Below, in pieces: positions 53,985-63,907 of a DNA stretch of 64,000 nucleotides; within the stretch, counting starts at the first letter, position 1; the number at the start of each line of letters is the position of its first letter. The translations under genes were made by a program, and so were the position numbers. Source of the stretch: a virus; the IMG/VR virus record IMGVR_UViG_3300042314_000177, positions 4,854 through 68,853 of that record. One strand, 5' to 3'. The notes beneath the pieces were generated by a model. The model did no database searches. It saw only the letters and a program-made list of their open reading frames with translations, and was not told where the DNA came from.

Positions 53985-54554
53985 ATGCCGATTCATAAAA
54001 AACTAAACGAGGCGCGATTAGCGTTTCATGCTTTACCGCTAAAGAAGTCTGGGCAGAATACTTTTGCTGGATATAAATACTTTGAGCTTTCCGATTTTCT
54101 TGTCCCAGCCCTGCGAATCTTTAATGATGTTGGGCTTTGCGCGGTTATTAGCTTTTCCGAAAGCACAGCGTCAATGCATATCGTTGATGTAGAAGATGGT
54201 TCACAGGTTATCATTCACAGCCCAATGGGTTCAGCCAATCTTAAAGGTTGCCATGAGATTCAGAACATTGGCGCATGTGAGACTTACTCAACCCGCTACC
54301 TCTGGACAGCAGCCCTTTGCATTGTCGAGCATGACGCACTGGATGCTACCACGGGAAAGAATAAAGACACGCCAAGCATTCGCTACATTAGCAAAGCGCA
54401 GTTTGATTCATTGCAATCTTTGGTAGAAAAGACCAAAACAGATGTAGATGTGCTCTGCAAGCATTACAAAATTGACGCTCTTGAATCAGTCCCTGAAAGC
54501 CAATTCAATGTGGTTCATACTGCATTGGTAAAGAAGTTGGGGAAAGCAGCATGA
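53985..54554 (+). CDS. ERF-family ssDNA annealing protein
   Basis: Homologue of 19153-19713. Confidence 0.85.
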   Translation: MPIHKKLNEARLAFHALPLKKSGQNTFAGYKYFELSDFLVPALRIFNDVGLCAVISFSESTASMHIVDVEDGSQVIIHSPMGSANLKGCHEIQNIGACETYSTRYLWTAALCIVEHDALDATTGKNKDTPSIRYISKAQFDSLQSLVEKTKTDVDVLCKHYKIDALESVPESQFNVVHTALVKKLGKAA

Positions 54555-55183
54555 CAGACGCAGCTATTATCCAACGCAGCCCAGAATGGTTTGCAGCACG
54601 TTGTGGAAGCCTTGGCGCTTCCCAACTTGCAGACGCACTAGCTAAGACCAAATCTGGCTGGGGAGCATCTCGCGCTAACTTACAGGCGAAGCTTGTAATC
54701 GAACGGCTTACGGGTCGGCAGGAAGAAAGCTTTAGCAGCGCCGCTATGATCTGGGGAGTGGAGAAAGAAGAAGAAGCCAGAACTGCCTACAGCTTCGTTA
54801 CAGGCAATGAAGTGCTTGAGGTAGGGCTGTATAAGCATCCCACCATTATAGGCTCCCACGCCAGCCCAGATGGGCTTGTAGGGGATGATGGGTGCATAGA
54901 GATTAAATGCCCAAACAGTAGCACACACATAGAAGTGCTCAAAAACAATCAAATTGCACACAAATATATACTCCAAATGCAATGGCAGATGGCTTGCGCT
55001 GATAGGCAGTGGTGCGATTTTGTGAGCTTTGATCCACGGATGCCAGACAATCTATCGCTCTACATCCAGCGGATTGAACGTGACAATGATATGCTTGCAA
55101 TTCTAGAATCAGAGGTTGCTGCATTCCTTGTGGAAGTTGACGTAGACGTAAAAGCGTTATTAGAGTTGGGAGAATCAAAATGA
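54551..55183 (+). CDS. YqaJ/lambda-type exonuclease
   Basis: ASPDGLVG, IEIKCP. Confidence 0.92.
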   Translation: MTDAAIIQRSPEWFAARCGSLGASQLADALAKTKSGWGASRANLQAKLVIERLTGRQEESFSSAAMIWGVEKEEEARTAYSFVTGNEVLEVGLYKHPTIIGSHASPDGLVGDDGCIEIKCPNSSTHIEVLKNNQIAHKYILQMQWQMACADRQWCDFVSFDPRMPDNLSLYIQRIERDNDMLAILESEVAAFLVEVDVDVKALLELGESK

Positions 55184-55401
55184 CACAGAACGAAAGAATA
55201 TACGATCATCTGTTAGCAGTCGGGCCAATCCGTCCAATGGTAGCACTGCATGAGCTAGGGGTTTATCGCTTGGCATCGAGGATTAATGATCTGCGTAAGG
55301 CTGGGCATAAGATTAAAACCAAAAAGGTTGAGGTTGTAAATCGCTGGGGTGAATCATCTTACATCGCTGAATATAGCTTGGTGCTTGAAGATGCTGCCTA
55401 A
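55180..55401 (+). CDS. Winged-HTH protein
   Basis: Homologue of 20342-20563. Confidence 0.75.
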   Translation: MTQNERIYDHLLAVGPIRPMVALHELGVYRLASRINDLRKAGHKIKTKKVEVVNRWGESSYIAEYSLVLEDAA

Positions 55402-55723
55402 CCGCATTGCCAAGAAGCCTAAGCGTTCATCGCGCTGGCGCTCCCAGGGGCACTTGAACTTCATTCGATCATTCCATTGCTCAATAGATGGTTGCCAGCA
55501 GATGCCAATCGAATGCGCTCACGTTCGTAATGGTAGCGGTGCAGGGATGGGACAAAAGCCAGATGATTGGCGAGTAGTCCCATTATGCCGCGAACATCAC
55601 GGCCAGCAGCATACAGTTGGTGAGCAGACGTTCTGGAAGGGCATCGACGTAGAGGCCCTGATAGAAGCATTCTGCAAAGCCAGCCCAAAGGCGCGTGAGA
55701 TTAAAGAGGCTCAAAGCCAATGA
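55391..55723 (+). CDS. DUF968/HNH-like nuclease
   Basis: Homologue of 20553-20885. Confidence 0.75.
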   Translation: MLPNRIAKKPKRSSRWRSQGHLNFIRSFHCSIDGCQQMPIECAHVRNGSGAGMGQKPDDWRVVPLCREHHGQQHTVGEQTFWKGIDVEALIEAFCKASPKAREIKEAQSQ

Positions 55724-56100
55724 CGCAAACTGTTTGGCTTCGTGGTGAGCATCAAAGAAGGTTGGCGCACCAGTTAATTGACAAAGCGCCAATCAATGCG
55801 GTGGTCAAAATATCGCCTGAACAAAGGTCACTGCATCAGAACAATAAAATGTGGGCCATGATCTCAGACGTTAGCAGACAGAAGCCAGAGGGCCGCACTC
55901 ATGTTCCAGAGGTATGGAAAGCAATCTTTATGGCTGCTTGTGGGCATGAGGTGCAGTTTGAAAACGGCCTGGACAATAAGCCATTCCCAATCGGCTTTAG
56001 GTCATCGAACCTAAGCAAAACACAAATGGCTGATTTAATTGAATATATGTATTTTTATGGAAGCAAACACGATATAAAATGGAGTGAAGAATATGAGTGA
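55720..56100 (+). CDS. ninB: NinB-family protein
   Basis: [17 protein letters not shown]. Confidence 0.8.
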   Translation: MTQTVWLRGEHQRRLAHQLIDKAPINAVVKISPEQRSLHQNNKMWAMISDVSRQKPEGRTHVPEVWKAIFMAACGHEVQFENGLDNKPFPIGFRSSNLSKTQMADLIEYMYFYGSKHDIKWSEEYE

Positions 56101-56326
56101 TATGAATGATGATATGCTGCGTTTGCTAATTGAGCGCATTGAACGCCAGGAGGAAGAAAAGAAAACTATCTCCGACAGCATTAGAGAGATTTACAGCGAG
56201 GCAAAGGGACACGGATACGATGTTAAAATCCTTCGCGCTGTGATCCGCCTTCGCAAGATGGAAAAGAACGAACGAGCAGAATACGAAGTCCTGCTTGAAA
56301 CATACATGAACGCATTGGGAGGTTAA
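56093..56326 (+). CDS. gapR: GapR-like (DUF2312) DNA-binding protein (B only)
   Basis: [47 protein letters not shown]...[10 protein letters not shown]. Confidence 0.88.
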   Translation: MSDMNDDMLRLLIERIERQEEEKKTISDSIREIYSEAKGHGYDVKILRAVIRLRKMEKNERAEYEVLLETYMNALGG

Positions 56327-56329
56327 GCC

Positions 56330-56713
56330 ATGACACAGCAAGTTATAATATCAGGAAACGTAGGCAAGGATGCTGAGTTACGCGACACTCGTGACAGCAA
56401 GGTTTTGAGCTTTAACGTAGCCGTTAAGAACGGATTTGGCAAAGATGCTGGCAGCGTTTGGTATCGGTGCAGCTTGTGGGGAAAAGCGGCGGAATCATTC
56501 TCTGGCAGTCTAAAGAAGGGAACCAAAGTGTTTATCATTGGCGACCTGACGCATGACGAATACGAAGGCAAGCCACAGTATAATGTGCGGGTCGGTAGCA
56601 TCGACACTGCTCCACGATCTGAAGCTGGTGCAAGCAACACGCAATCCAGTGCGCCTAGCCAGAATCAGCATACTTCATACGATGATGATCTGGATTCAGA
56701 CGTTCCATTTTGA
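56330..56713 (+). CDS. ssb: Single-stranded DNA-binding protein
   Basis: OB fold and DSDVPF tail. Confidence 0.93.
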   Translation: MTQQVIISGNVGKDAELRDTRDSKVLSFNVAVKNGFGKDAGSVWYRCSLWGKAAESFSGSLKKGTKVFIIGDLTHDEYEGKPQYNVRVGSIDTAPRSEAGASNTQSSAPSQNQHTSYDDDLDSDVPF

Positions 56714-56723
56714 GGATGCAGCC

Positions 56724-56957
56724 ATGTCTATTAAAACTCGCAACGAACTGCCAATGCGATCCAGAAACATTCCTCCACCTTCTGATTATCTCGAGGCTAA
56801 GAGCGCAAGGATCGACACAGAGATTGCCGAAAGCAGTCGAAAGCTTCTGAAGGCCCAGCTTGCAACTGGTCACCATAAGCTAACACGCGAATCCTTTGTC
56901 GGCATAGCTAAGAAATACGGCTGGCAATTTGCGCTTCTGCAACATACCTGGCGCTAA
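56724..56957 (+). CDS. Hypothetical protein
   Basis: GAGG RBS; homologue of 21607-21858. Confidence 0.65.
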   Translation: MSIKTRNELPMRSRNIPPPSDYLEAKSARIDTEIAESSRKLLKAQLATGHHKLTRESFVGIAKKYGWQFALLQHTWR

Positions 56958-56960
56958 CAA

Positions 56961-56997
56961 AATGGCGGGTGGCAATGCGCTTCCCGCCATTATTTTT
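56961..56997 (+). terminator. Intrinsic terminator
   Basis: AATGGCGGG...CCCGCCATT plus T tract. Confidence 0.75.
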
Positions 56998-57007
56998 ATG
57001 TTAGATG

Positions 57008-57091
57008 AAAAAAGTTGTTTACATATAATAAATGGCTTTTTATAAGAGGGCATCAACCAAGGGGCCTTGCCCCGCCAATACGGAGAGTAGC
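57008..57091 (+). promoter_or_regulatory. Repeated promoter-hairpin-RBS module
   Basis: TTTACA-N17-TATAAG; GGGGCCTTGCCCC; GGAG. Confidence 0.7.
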
Positions 57092-57382
57092 ATGACACAA
57101 AGCATCAACGAACTAGCCCAAGCTGCAATTGACGCGCTGACAGCTATCAATGCCATCCACAAGGATTGGCTTGAGCAATTAAAGCTTAAAAGCGGCCACG
57201 GCCAATATATCAGCACCCGCCCAGAAATTGCAGAACATCTGCACATGGAGCTACTTGAGGTCATTACCGACTTTGATTGCGATCCAATGGGAACGCTGGA
57301 AGAATTTAAACTGCATAGCACGGACGAGCCAGATGATTATGATGGCGGACGCTTTGATTATCTAACGTCAAGGGGAGTTTGA
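57092..57382 (+). CDS. Hypothetical protein
   Basis: Only the C-terminal tail is shared with 21994-22179. Confidence 0.65.
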   Translation: MTQSINELAQAAIDALTAINAIHKDWLEQLKLKSGHGQYISTRPEIAEHLHMELLEVITDFDCDPMGTLEEFKLHSTDEPDDYDGGRFDYLTSRGV

Positions 57383-57474
57383 CATGAAGAAAATATCACC
57401 AGTTCAATTTTGGCTGACCGCAATATGGTTGGTTTTGGTTGTTATTATGTTTGCAACGGAGAGGACATTTTAAG

Positions 57475-57663
57475 ATGACATTGATCGAACTTAGAAACAT
57501 CGTCGCGGATCATGTTCAAATGATGCACGGCAACCCAGAATTTATCCGCCAAATCAGAGATGGTGAGCAGGATGATGGCCCATTCATAATAGGCGCTTTA
57601 GCGATCTGGGCAAAGTTTATGGAAGGCTTGCAGCCAGCACCAGAGGTATTGGCAGATGATTAA
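57475..57663 (+). CDS. Hypothetical protein
   Basis: Homologue of 22267-22455. Confidence 0.7.
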   Translation: MTLIELRNIVADHVQMMHGNPEFIRQIRDGEQDDGPFIIGALAIWAKFMEGLQPAPEVLADD

Positions 57664-57789
57664 ACCAGCACAAGCAGCGCCTTTAGGCAAGACGTATCGC
57701 GTATCTTCTGAGAGCGCATGGCCACTTAGAGGATTAGACGGAAAGACATTTGCGGAAAGACGCGCAGAGCGAGAAAAGGAATCAAATAA

Positions 57790-57981
57790 ATGAGTCGCCC
57801 AATGACGTATCCAATGGGAAGAATGGTTATCGGTGATGTAGAGACTATGCCAGCAACGGAAAGGGGTTGTGCCAAGCGCACCAGCCGTAACGTTAGCCAG
57901 TATGGTATTCGCAATGGCAAGGCGTTTAAGTGCCGCACAGATGTGGTCAAGGGACTGACGTTTATAACTAGATTGGGATAG
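57790..57981 (+). CDS. Hypothetical protein
   Basis: AAGGA RBS; C-terminus GKAF...TFITRL also seen in the short ORF 22582-22665. Confidence 0.6.
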   Translation: MSRPMTYPMGRMVIGDVETMPATERGCAKRTSRNVSQYGIRNGKAFKCRTDVVKGLTFITRLG

Positions 57982-57985
57982 GCAA

Positions 57986-58303
57986 ATGACCGATGATAAA
58001 GACAGCGCAGTGACGCAAGCGGATAGATATGCAATGGAAAGTATTCTTTGGGTGAATACAATTATTGATGACCAAGAGGCTATTGCACAAGCGTTCGCCC
58101 ATCACCGCCAGTATGGTTATGACCAAGGCTATTACGATGGCTGCACACGCTCAGTCATGCAGGGCATCATCCCTGCGACCAAGCCTGACCCGCTGGTAGA
58201 GGTGCTGAAAGATTTTGGCGGGTTTATGCCAGATGCAGAAGACTTTCGCGCCGCACTAGAAGCTCGTGGGCTGGAGATAAGGAGCAAAGCAAATGATGAT
58301 TGA
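57986..58303 (+). CDS. Hypothetical protein (B only)
   Basis: Continues the operon. Confidence 0.55.
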   Translation: MTDDKDSAVTQADRYAMESILWVNTIIDDQEAIAQAFAHHRQYGYDQGYYDGCTRSVMQGIIPATKPDPLVEVLKDFGGFMPDAEDFRAALEARGLEIRSKANDD

Positions 58304-58472
58304 AGTAGACCCAAACCAGTTGGACGGCATAGTCCGCGCATGGTTGAAGGAAACACTGGAGTCAGTGCAGCACAACGCAGCCTCACTTTACGTTCACCCA
58401 GAAGATGCCAAAACGTATAAGAAAGACGTTAAGGCGCTAAAATGGTTGCTTTATTATATTGGTGAAGATTGA
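58293..58472 (+). CDS. 59-aa hypothetical protein (B only, not in ORF track)
   Basis: AAGGAG RBS; MMIEVDPNQLDGIVRAWLKE... Confidence 0.6.
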   Translation: MMIEVDPNQLDGIVRAWLKETLESVQHNAASLYVHPEDAKTYKKDVKALKWLLYYIGED

Positions 58473-58572
58473 TTTATAAACCGTCAATTATCAATCATGT
58501 CGATTTTCTAACAAGAATATTTCGCAAACAGGCGCACAGCTTGGGTTTACGGGATATGCACTTCAAACAACA

Positions 58573-59751
58573 TTAAGCTACCTCGAGCATCTCAGTGGTA
58601 ATCATCACCCGCCCTACGGCTCCGTATTTTTTATGGTACGTTATTGCCCAGGCTGCTCGATCAGCAATCCAGCCTCCACGCGCCGCATAAGCATCACGCG
58701 CTGCCAAGGTTGGATGCTGAACGACTGTTACCCCATTATACTCTTTCTCGTCCCTGTGGTGTCTGTGACCGCAGTGTATCTCTCTGCGGGTGGTTCTGCC
58801 CCATTGCTGGGGAAACTGTGCCGCAAACAAGAGCGGTAGGGATTCATTCTTGACCTTATGCCCATGATGAACGCCTAGCATGGTGTTGCCCCATTCAAAC
58901 ACATAGAATGGTAGAACGCTATCGCTGACAGTGACGCGAGGTTCTTCCTCGTAATGCACAGCAAACAAATCAGATAGCCAGCCGCTGCTTTCTTCGTCGT
59001 GATTGCCTTCTGCTATAATCAGATACACTTCCTGATGGCGCTGCAAAGATATAGCTACCAGTGATCGAATGATGCGGATTGCTGCCCTGCGAATCTTTGG
59101 GAATCGGCTATCAGCATCCAGAACGTGTTTGCTTGCTGGCGTTACAGGTGTCTTGCCATCCGTATGCAGAAAGTCTCCCTGAATATTTAATACTGCCGTG
59201 TGCGCCTGGGGGCTTTGATTGATCATCTGAGCAAGTGCAGCAAGAATAGTTTTTTCTGCCAGCGATACATTCCAATCGCTTCCACCCTCTTGATGCCACG
59301 CCAGCATACCTAAATGGTAATCCGTAAACGTATAAAGGTTGCATAGAAGCTCGTCAGAAGCCTCAGGAGCAACGATAACGCTTGCTGGGTCTATTTGATC
59401 CTTAAATCCATCAACTGTCTCTCTCAGGGCTTCTATGAGCGCCTCATGCGTCAATGATGCCTTTACCCATTGACCAGATGGTTTGCCTTCAGCATTATAA
59501 TAGGTCGATACGCCTTTTGTGACATAACCTTCTGGCACGGGTCGCGTGAAATTATGACTAGGAGAGTATCCCCGCAACTCCGCTTTCTTTTTCACTGCAA
59601 CATAGGCGTCACTTGCTGCGCCCACATTGATACCTAATGCAATAGAGGCGGCTTTGGCGCTTCCATGTAGATTAACTGCTTCAAGCACCTCGCGCTGGCG
59701 GGGCGTTGCATATTGAAACAACGCTTCATCTATTTTTAATGGGAAAGCCAT
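58573..59751 (-). CDS. HTH plus metallophosphoesterase
   Basis: Homologue of 22662-23840. Confidence 0.85.
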   Translation of the reverse strand: MAFPLKIDEALFQYATPRQREVLEAVNLHGSAKAASIALGINVGAASDAYVAVKKKAELRGYSPSHNFTRPVPEGYVTKGVSTYYNAEGKPSGQWVKASLTHEALIEALRETVDGFKDQIDPASVIVAPEASDELLCNLYTFTDYHLGMLAWHQEGGSDWNVSLAEKTILAALAQMINQSPQAHTAVLNIQGDFLHTDGKTPVTPASKHVLDADSRFPKIRRAAIRIIRSLVAISLQRHQEVYLIIAEGNHDEESSGWLSDLFAVHYEEEPRVTVSDSVLPFYVFEWGNTMLGVHHGHKVKNESLPLLFAAQFPQQWGRTTRREIHCGHRHHRDEKEYNGVTVVQHPTLAARDAYAARGGWIADRAAWAITYHKKYGAVGRVMITTEMLEVA

Positions 59752-59976
59752 TTACTTGCCTTTCGGACAATCAGCCTCGCATAAGCAAATAAATACGCTA
59801 TTATGGAGCTCGACTTCTGCTACCGTTTCAGGCGTGTCTTGCTTTGCGTCATAGGTGATAGGTTTTGCAATAGCGCAGTAGCTATTTACGGGAACGGTCG
59901 AAACGGTCGCGCAGCCGCTCAGTGCGCTCAGGATCAGGAGTAATGATGGCAGCTTCACCAAGTGCGATTTGCTCAT
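59752..59976 (-). CDS. o-spanin lipoprotein
   Basis: LSGC lipobox. Confidence 0.75.
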   Translation of the reverse strand: MSKSHLVKLPSLLLILSALSGCATVSTVPVNSYCAIAKPITYDAKQDTPETVAEVELHNSVFICLCEADCPKGK

Positions 59977-60094
59977 TGATGGCATCGTTCGTTTCCTTGA
60001 TAGTTTCCTGACGCCCTTGCTGCTTCCAACGGCTTTCCGCCCAAGCACCCAACAGCTTGTCCAGAATGCCCAGCAAGAGCGTCAGAAACTTCAT
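59882..60094 (-). CDS. i-spanin
   Basis: Homologue of 23971-24183. Confidence 0.7.
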   Translation of the reverse strand: MKFLTLLLGILDKLLGAWAESRWKQQGRQETIKETNDAINEQIALGEAAIITPDPERTERLRDRFDRSRK

Positions 60095-60276
60095 TACTCT
60101 GCGGATTCAACTACAGTTTTTTTGCTTATCACAGACCATACAGCAACGCCGATAGTGGCAACCGCGCCAGCCAATGCTTCAGCCGTTGCGCCATCAATCA
60201 GACCTTTACCAGCAAGATAGCCAAAGCCAGCAGCAGCAAGTGTACGAACGATTCCAAACAATTGATCTTTATTCAT
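60094..60276 (-). CDS. Holin
   Basis: Homologue of 24183-24365. Confidence 0.7.
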   Translation of the reverse strand: MNKDQLFGIVRTLAAAGFGYLAGKGLIDGATAEALAGAVATIGVAVWSVISKKTVVESAE

Positions 60277-60322
60277 GTCATTTTTCCTTTACTCGATGGG
60301 CCTCATATGGTAACTACCGCAC

Positions 60323-60838
60323 ATGGAAACTTGGAAACCTATACCAGAATACGAAGGGCTTTACGAAGTCTCTGATAAAGGGCAGATTCGAAGTCTCTCA
60401 CGAATAGTGTCTTTTGGCAACAGTCAGCGGGTCACGCCAGAGAAAGTAATCCTGCCCTATATTCGCCCTACTGGATACCATACGGTTAAGCTTGGCAAAG
60501 AAGGGCGCAAACGGAATGCGTATGTTCATCGCTTGGTGACTTTGGTATTTAGTGGCCCATGTCCACCTAAGCACGAAGTGTGTCATCGTGATGGCAATAA
60601 AAGCAATAACTGCGCCGATAACCTTTACTGGGGAACGCGCAAACAGAATATTGCGGACAACATTCGTATGGGTATTCACCCATTGGGTGAAGCACATGGC
60701 ATGGCAAAACTTACCGACAAGCAGGTTCTTGCAATACGAAAAGACACCAGACCTGCGAAAGAAGTAGCTGAAAGCTATCCTGTGAGTGCCGCTATGGTCA
60801 GGCTTATAAACAGAGGTATCAACTGGTCTCATTTGTGA
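60323..60838 (+). CDS. NUMOD4-HNH homing endonuclease, antisense in the lysis cassette
   Basis: ETWKPIPEYEGLYEVSDKGQIRS; VHRLV...HRDGNKSNN...NL. Confidence 0.9.
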   Translation: METWKPIPEYEGLYEVSDKGQIRSLSRIVSFGNSQRVTPEKVILPYIRPTGYHTVKLGKEGRKRNAYVHRLVTLVFSGPCPPKHEVCHRDGNKSNNCADNLYWGTRKQNIADNIRMGIHPLGEAHGMAKLTDKQVLAIRKDTRPAKEVAESYPVSAAMVRLINRGINWSHL

Positions 60839-61266
60839 GGATACTTCTTCGGGTCGATCTCAAAATGTGGCCCATCAGGAAACGACCGACTAAGAATTTT
60901 AGCAGTTATAGGCCCATTTATGGCGGACAGCAATTTCCAAGTTCCGCCCCAACGGATTGGAATCTTTTCGGCTAAAGATGCTTCCCGCATAACTTCAGCT
61001 AGTCTATGGTAAATAGGCCAGTCCCATGACACTTTCCCGTCAATCAGCGGCGCTAGGTCAACAGCGTGTCCAGTAAGGTGGCGAGACTTCATTGTCCTTG
61101 ATGCGCCCTCTGCAACCAATTTACGTTGCCGTTCAAGAGTGCGGAGACCCTCAAGCACAGTAAAGTCCAAGTCAGATATTGTCGCAGCCTTCTTTACAAC
61201 GCGCACTAGATCAGGGTGGACACCCTCAAGCCGTGAAAGGCTACGTTGACCAAGAATTATACTCAT
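60829..61266 (-). CDS. Endolysin, M15-family peptidase
   Basis: SRHLTGHAVD...DGPHFE. Confidence 0.9.
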   Translation of the reverse strand: MSIILGQRSLSRLEGVHPDLVRVVKKAATISDLDFTVLEGLRTLERQRKLVAEGASRTMKSRHLTGHAVDLAPLIDGKVSWDWPIYHRLAEVMREASLAEKIPIRWGGTWKLLSAINGPITAKILSRSFPDGPHFEIDPKKYPHK

Positions 61267-61445
61267 GGAGTACCTTTGAGTAAGATGCTTAACAAAATGC
61301 CAATTAACAACATAATGATTGTGCCACAAGCAGTGATGCCAATACTTTCTAGGCGCTTCATCCTGGCGCAGATGCTTTCGTATCTAAATGCACAGACTTC
61401 TTCATGAGTGTTGAGTTGAGCCTGTGTTTTGTCAATCGTGTTCAT
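61263..61445 (-). CDS. Small membrane protein (holin/antiholin-like)
   Basis: Homologue of 25332-25514. Confidence 0.6.
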   Translation of the reverse strand: MNTIDKTQAQLNTHEEVCAFRYESICARMKRLESIGITACGTIIMLLIGILLSILLKGTP

Positions 61446-61488
61446 TTTGTCTCACTCATTTGATGCAGTCTGGCAATCTTGTTAGGCA

Positions 61489-63060
61489 CTATATCGTTGA
61501 ACTTGCGTAGTAGGTAAATGAACCATAAATCACCGATCCAGTAACCGCAGGATATGTGCTGTCGTATTTTCTAATTACGAAAGTGCTGAATGTAGGCGCA
61601 GCCGTAACAAGGCACATTCCAGCGGTGCTGCTTACAGCGGTTCCGCTTGCGCCTATTGTGCTGGAACAAGGGAAGGGCATAACATCTTCGACAGTGATTG
61701 TTGCGGAGCCAGTACCATTATCAGCCACAGTAAACGTGAAATACACTGTTATCTGATTGCCGTTTTTGACCCAACTAGCTTCGCCGTTAGTAACCGATGT
61801 AATTGTACCCGCGCTGGATGCAACGGTTGGCGTAACTGTATCTCTGCCTTGACCAGCAACGCGCCGCAAGCGGGGATGGTCTGGGATAGCAAAGGCAGTC
61901 AGAGTATTGGATTTATTTTCAACAAGCACATACGAAGGATCAGCCGAAGAAAGACTGCCCCACAGGTTGTTGAAAAAGTCCGCAGAAAGATTGTTGCCGC
62001 CGATGTTAATATAACCGACAGATTGCAAACCAGCGTCAACGACATATGATGCCGAAGACGTAAAGTTCTGCATATTCAGAACAGACCAAGAGGATTGGGC
62101 TGAAGACAAAACATTTTCGCACCTATTGTTTTCAGCGTACAGGCTTACAAATGTGTTAGCATAGCTGTTAAACAGAAACGCAGTATCCTGCCAATATTGC
62201 CCAATGACATTGATCGTAGCAGAGTTTGAGCCAACTGCCGCAGCCGCAGCAATCGTCACGCCTTTTGTAGATGCGTTGTGAGACGAGTCCATATAAAAAT
62301 CGGTTGTAAAACTGGCCCCAGTAGGCATCCATGATGGGATGTTACCTACTGGAATCGTCAAATCACTTGGGTCAATAATCTTATCGAACTGACCTTGAAC
62401 CGAAATGTTGTTGTTCGCATTATACGCCATCAAACCATAATAGTTTGTCAGCGATGTGATGTTGCTGATGGTCGTGCCGAAACAAGTGTTAAGTTGGACG
62501 CCAACGCCAAATCCTAAAATGCTAACGTCAGAAATTATAGCGTTAGGGCAACCGATCAAACGGATAGCCCCGTAGACTACGTTGGTCTGCAAACTTGCGT
62601 TTGCGTCAAATATGTACAAGCCTTTAATAGCTACGTTATGCAAGCTGTTGTAGGTTGTATCAATCGCAGCATCTACAAAAGCATTGTACGCTACTGGCAG
62701 GCCAGTAGATGTTATGTACGTTGCGCTGTCTATAGCCCATTTGCTGTTGCTTGCGCCAAAGTCAGCGGTAATTCTGCTGATATGTGCGTTAGCGCCCACA
62801 AAGGGATAGCCACCAGCACCATCGCCTAAAAGAGTAATGCCATACCCAATACGAATTGTGTCTGTGATACGGTAGTTGCCAGCAGGAAAATATACCGTTC
62901 CGCTACCATTACTCGTAGCCGATGAAGTGACAGAAAGCGAGTCAATAGCTGCCTGAATAGCCGCTGTGTCATTGGCTGTTCCATCGCCAACCGCGCCGAA
63001 GTCAAGCACATTGACAACAGCGCCGTTAATCATTGAGTAAGTAGCTTTAGTCAGCGTCAT
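61489..63060 (-). CDS. Tail spike (beta helix)
   Basis: VNVLDFGAVGDGTANDTAAIQAAID; body unrelated to the A allele. Confidence 0.85.
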   Translation of the reverse strand: MTLTKATYSMINGAVVNVLDFGAVGDGTANDTAAIQAAIDSLSVTSSATSNGSGTVYFPAGNYRITDTIRIGYGITLLGDGAGGYPFVGANAHISRITADFGASNSKWAIDSATYITSTGLPVAYNAFVDAAIDTTYNSLHNVAIKGLYIFDANASLQTNVVYGAIRLIGCPNAIISDVSILGFGVGVQLNTCFGTTISNITSLTNYYGLMAYNANNNISVQGQFDKIIDPSDLTIPVGNIPSWMPTGASFTTDFYMDSSHNASTKGVTIAAAAAVGSNSATINVIGQYWQDTAFLFNSYANTFVSLYAENNRCENVLSSAQSSWSVLNMQNFTSSASYVVDAGLQSVGYINIGGNNLSADFFNNLWGSLSSADPSYVLVENKSNTLTAFAIPDHPRLRRVAGQGRDTVTPTVASSAGTITSVTNGEASWVKNGNQITVYFTFTVADNGTGSATITVEDVMPFPCSSTIGASGTAVSSTAGMCLVTAAPTFSTFVIRKYDSTYPAVTGSVIYGSFTYYASSTI

Positions 63061-63069
63061 GAAAAATCC

Positions 63070-63894
63070 TTACACAAAATATGTTAGCGTTATGCTAACA
63101 TTTGCAACAGCGCCTTGCGCTTCCACTGAAAAAACTGTGTTTGTGCCGGCGGTGATAACCGAAAAGCTGGTCGTGTAGTTTGAGTTATGTCCACTGCCAG
63201 TACATTCAAAACCAGTTTTTGCGGTAAATGGAAGGTTTGTAAATAGTACCGCAGCCCCCGAAGCCCACGCAATGCTGGTTGCTCCTTGAAGAAAAACTTG
63301 AACAGTTATCATGTTTCCGTATCTGACGTATCGTCCAGATGAAGAAAACGCACCTACGACAACTAGTCCGCCACCTTGGTTTGGTGTAAAAACACCTTCT
63401 TCATACCAGTTCAGCAATTCGCTGGTCATGCCAGCAGCGTGCGTGTTTGCGCTGAAGTCGATGCCTTTGCCAGCAGTGCCGATTATGAGGTTGTTGTTTG
63501 ACACCGTAAGTCCGTTGGCATCTAACAACGCACCCCTAGTTGAGCCATAAATAAGCTCCAGATAGTCAAAGTCGCCGCCCGATTGCTGGCCAACTGCCCA
63601 TCTCTGAACACTTGAGTTGTACCCACGAACAAGCGTAAATCCAGCAGCGGGTGTACAATTTATACCAAGATACGCGCCATTGCCTTCAGCGGTCAACTGA
63701 TGTCCAGAAAGCGCGACAGTAGTGCCGAGAGTGGCCAAACCAGCTTCCAATTTAGACATTGAAACTGTGCGGCCAGCGGTCACGTTGTCTATACTAACCT
63801 TTACAGTTGATCCACCCTGCACAATCGGCAAGACTTCTGTGCCTGCAAGTGGTGTTGTAGCTGCGGTTAACGCTGAGATTTTTTTATCTGCCAT
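63070..63894 (-). CDS. Tail fibre protein
   Basis: N-terminus and GKGIDFSANT..AGMTSELL linker shared with 27230-28105. Confidence 0.75.
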   Translation of the reverse strand: MADKKISALTAATTPLAGTEVLPIVQGGSTVKVSIDNVTAGRTVSMSKLEAGLATLGTTVALSGHQLTAEGNGAYLGINCTPAAGFTLVRGYNSSVQRWAVGQQSGGDFDYLELIYGSTRGALLDANGLTVSNNNLIIGTAGKGIDFSANTHAAGMTSELLNWYEEGVFTPNQGGGLVVVGAFSSSGRYVRYGNMITVQVFLQGATSIAWASGAAVLFTNLPFTAKTGFECTGSGHNSNYTTSFSVITAGTNTVFSVEAQGAVANVSITLTYFV

Positions 63895-63907
63895 TTTTCT
63901 ACTCCAA

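Larger units (their letters stand above)
28109..63897. mobile_element. P22-like phage genome, unit B (35,789 bp between identical repeats, apparently complete)
   Basis: One full set of head, tail, ejection, lysis and replication genes between two identical copies of the tailspike 3' end. Confidence 0.9.

Noticed and set aside
28109-63897. Tandem integrated prophages with att sites, or a simple duplication
   Set aside because: No integrase, host flank or att core visible; the copies differ by many substitutions and whole-gene swaps.
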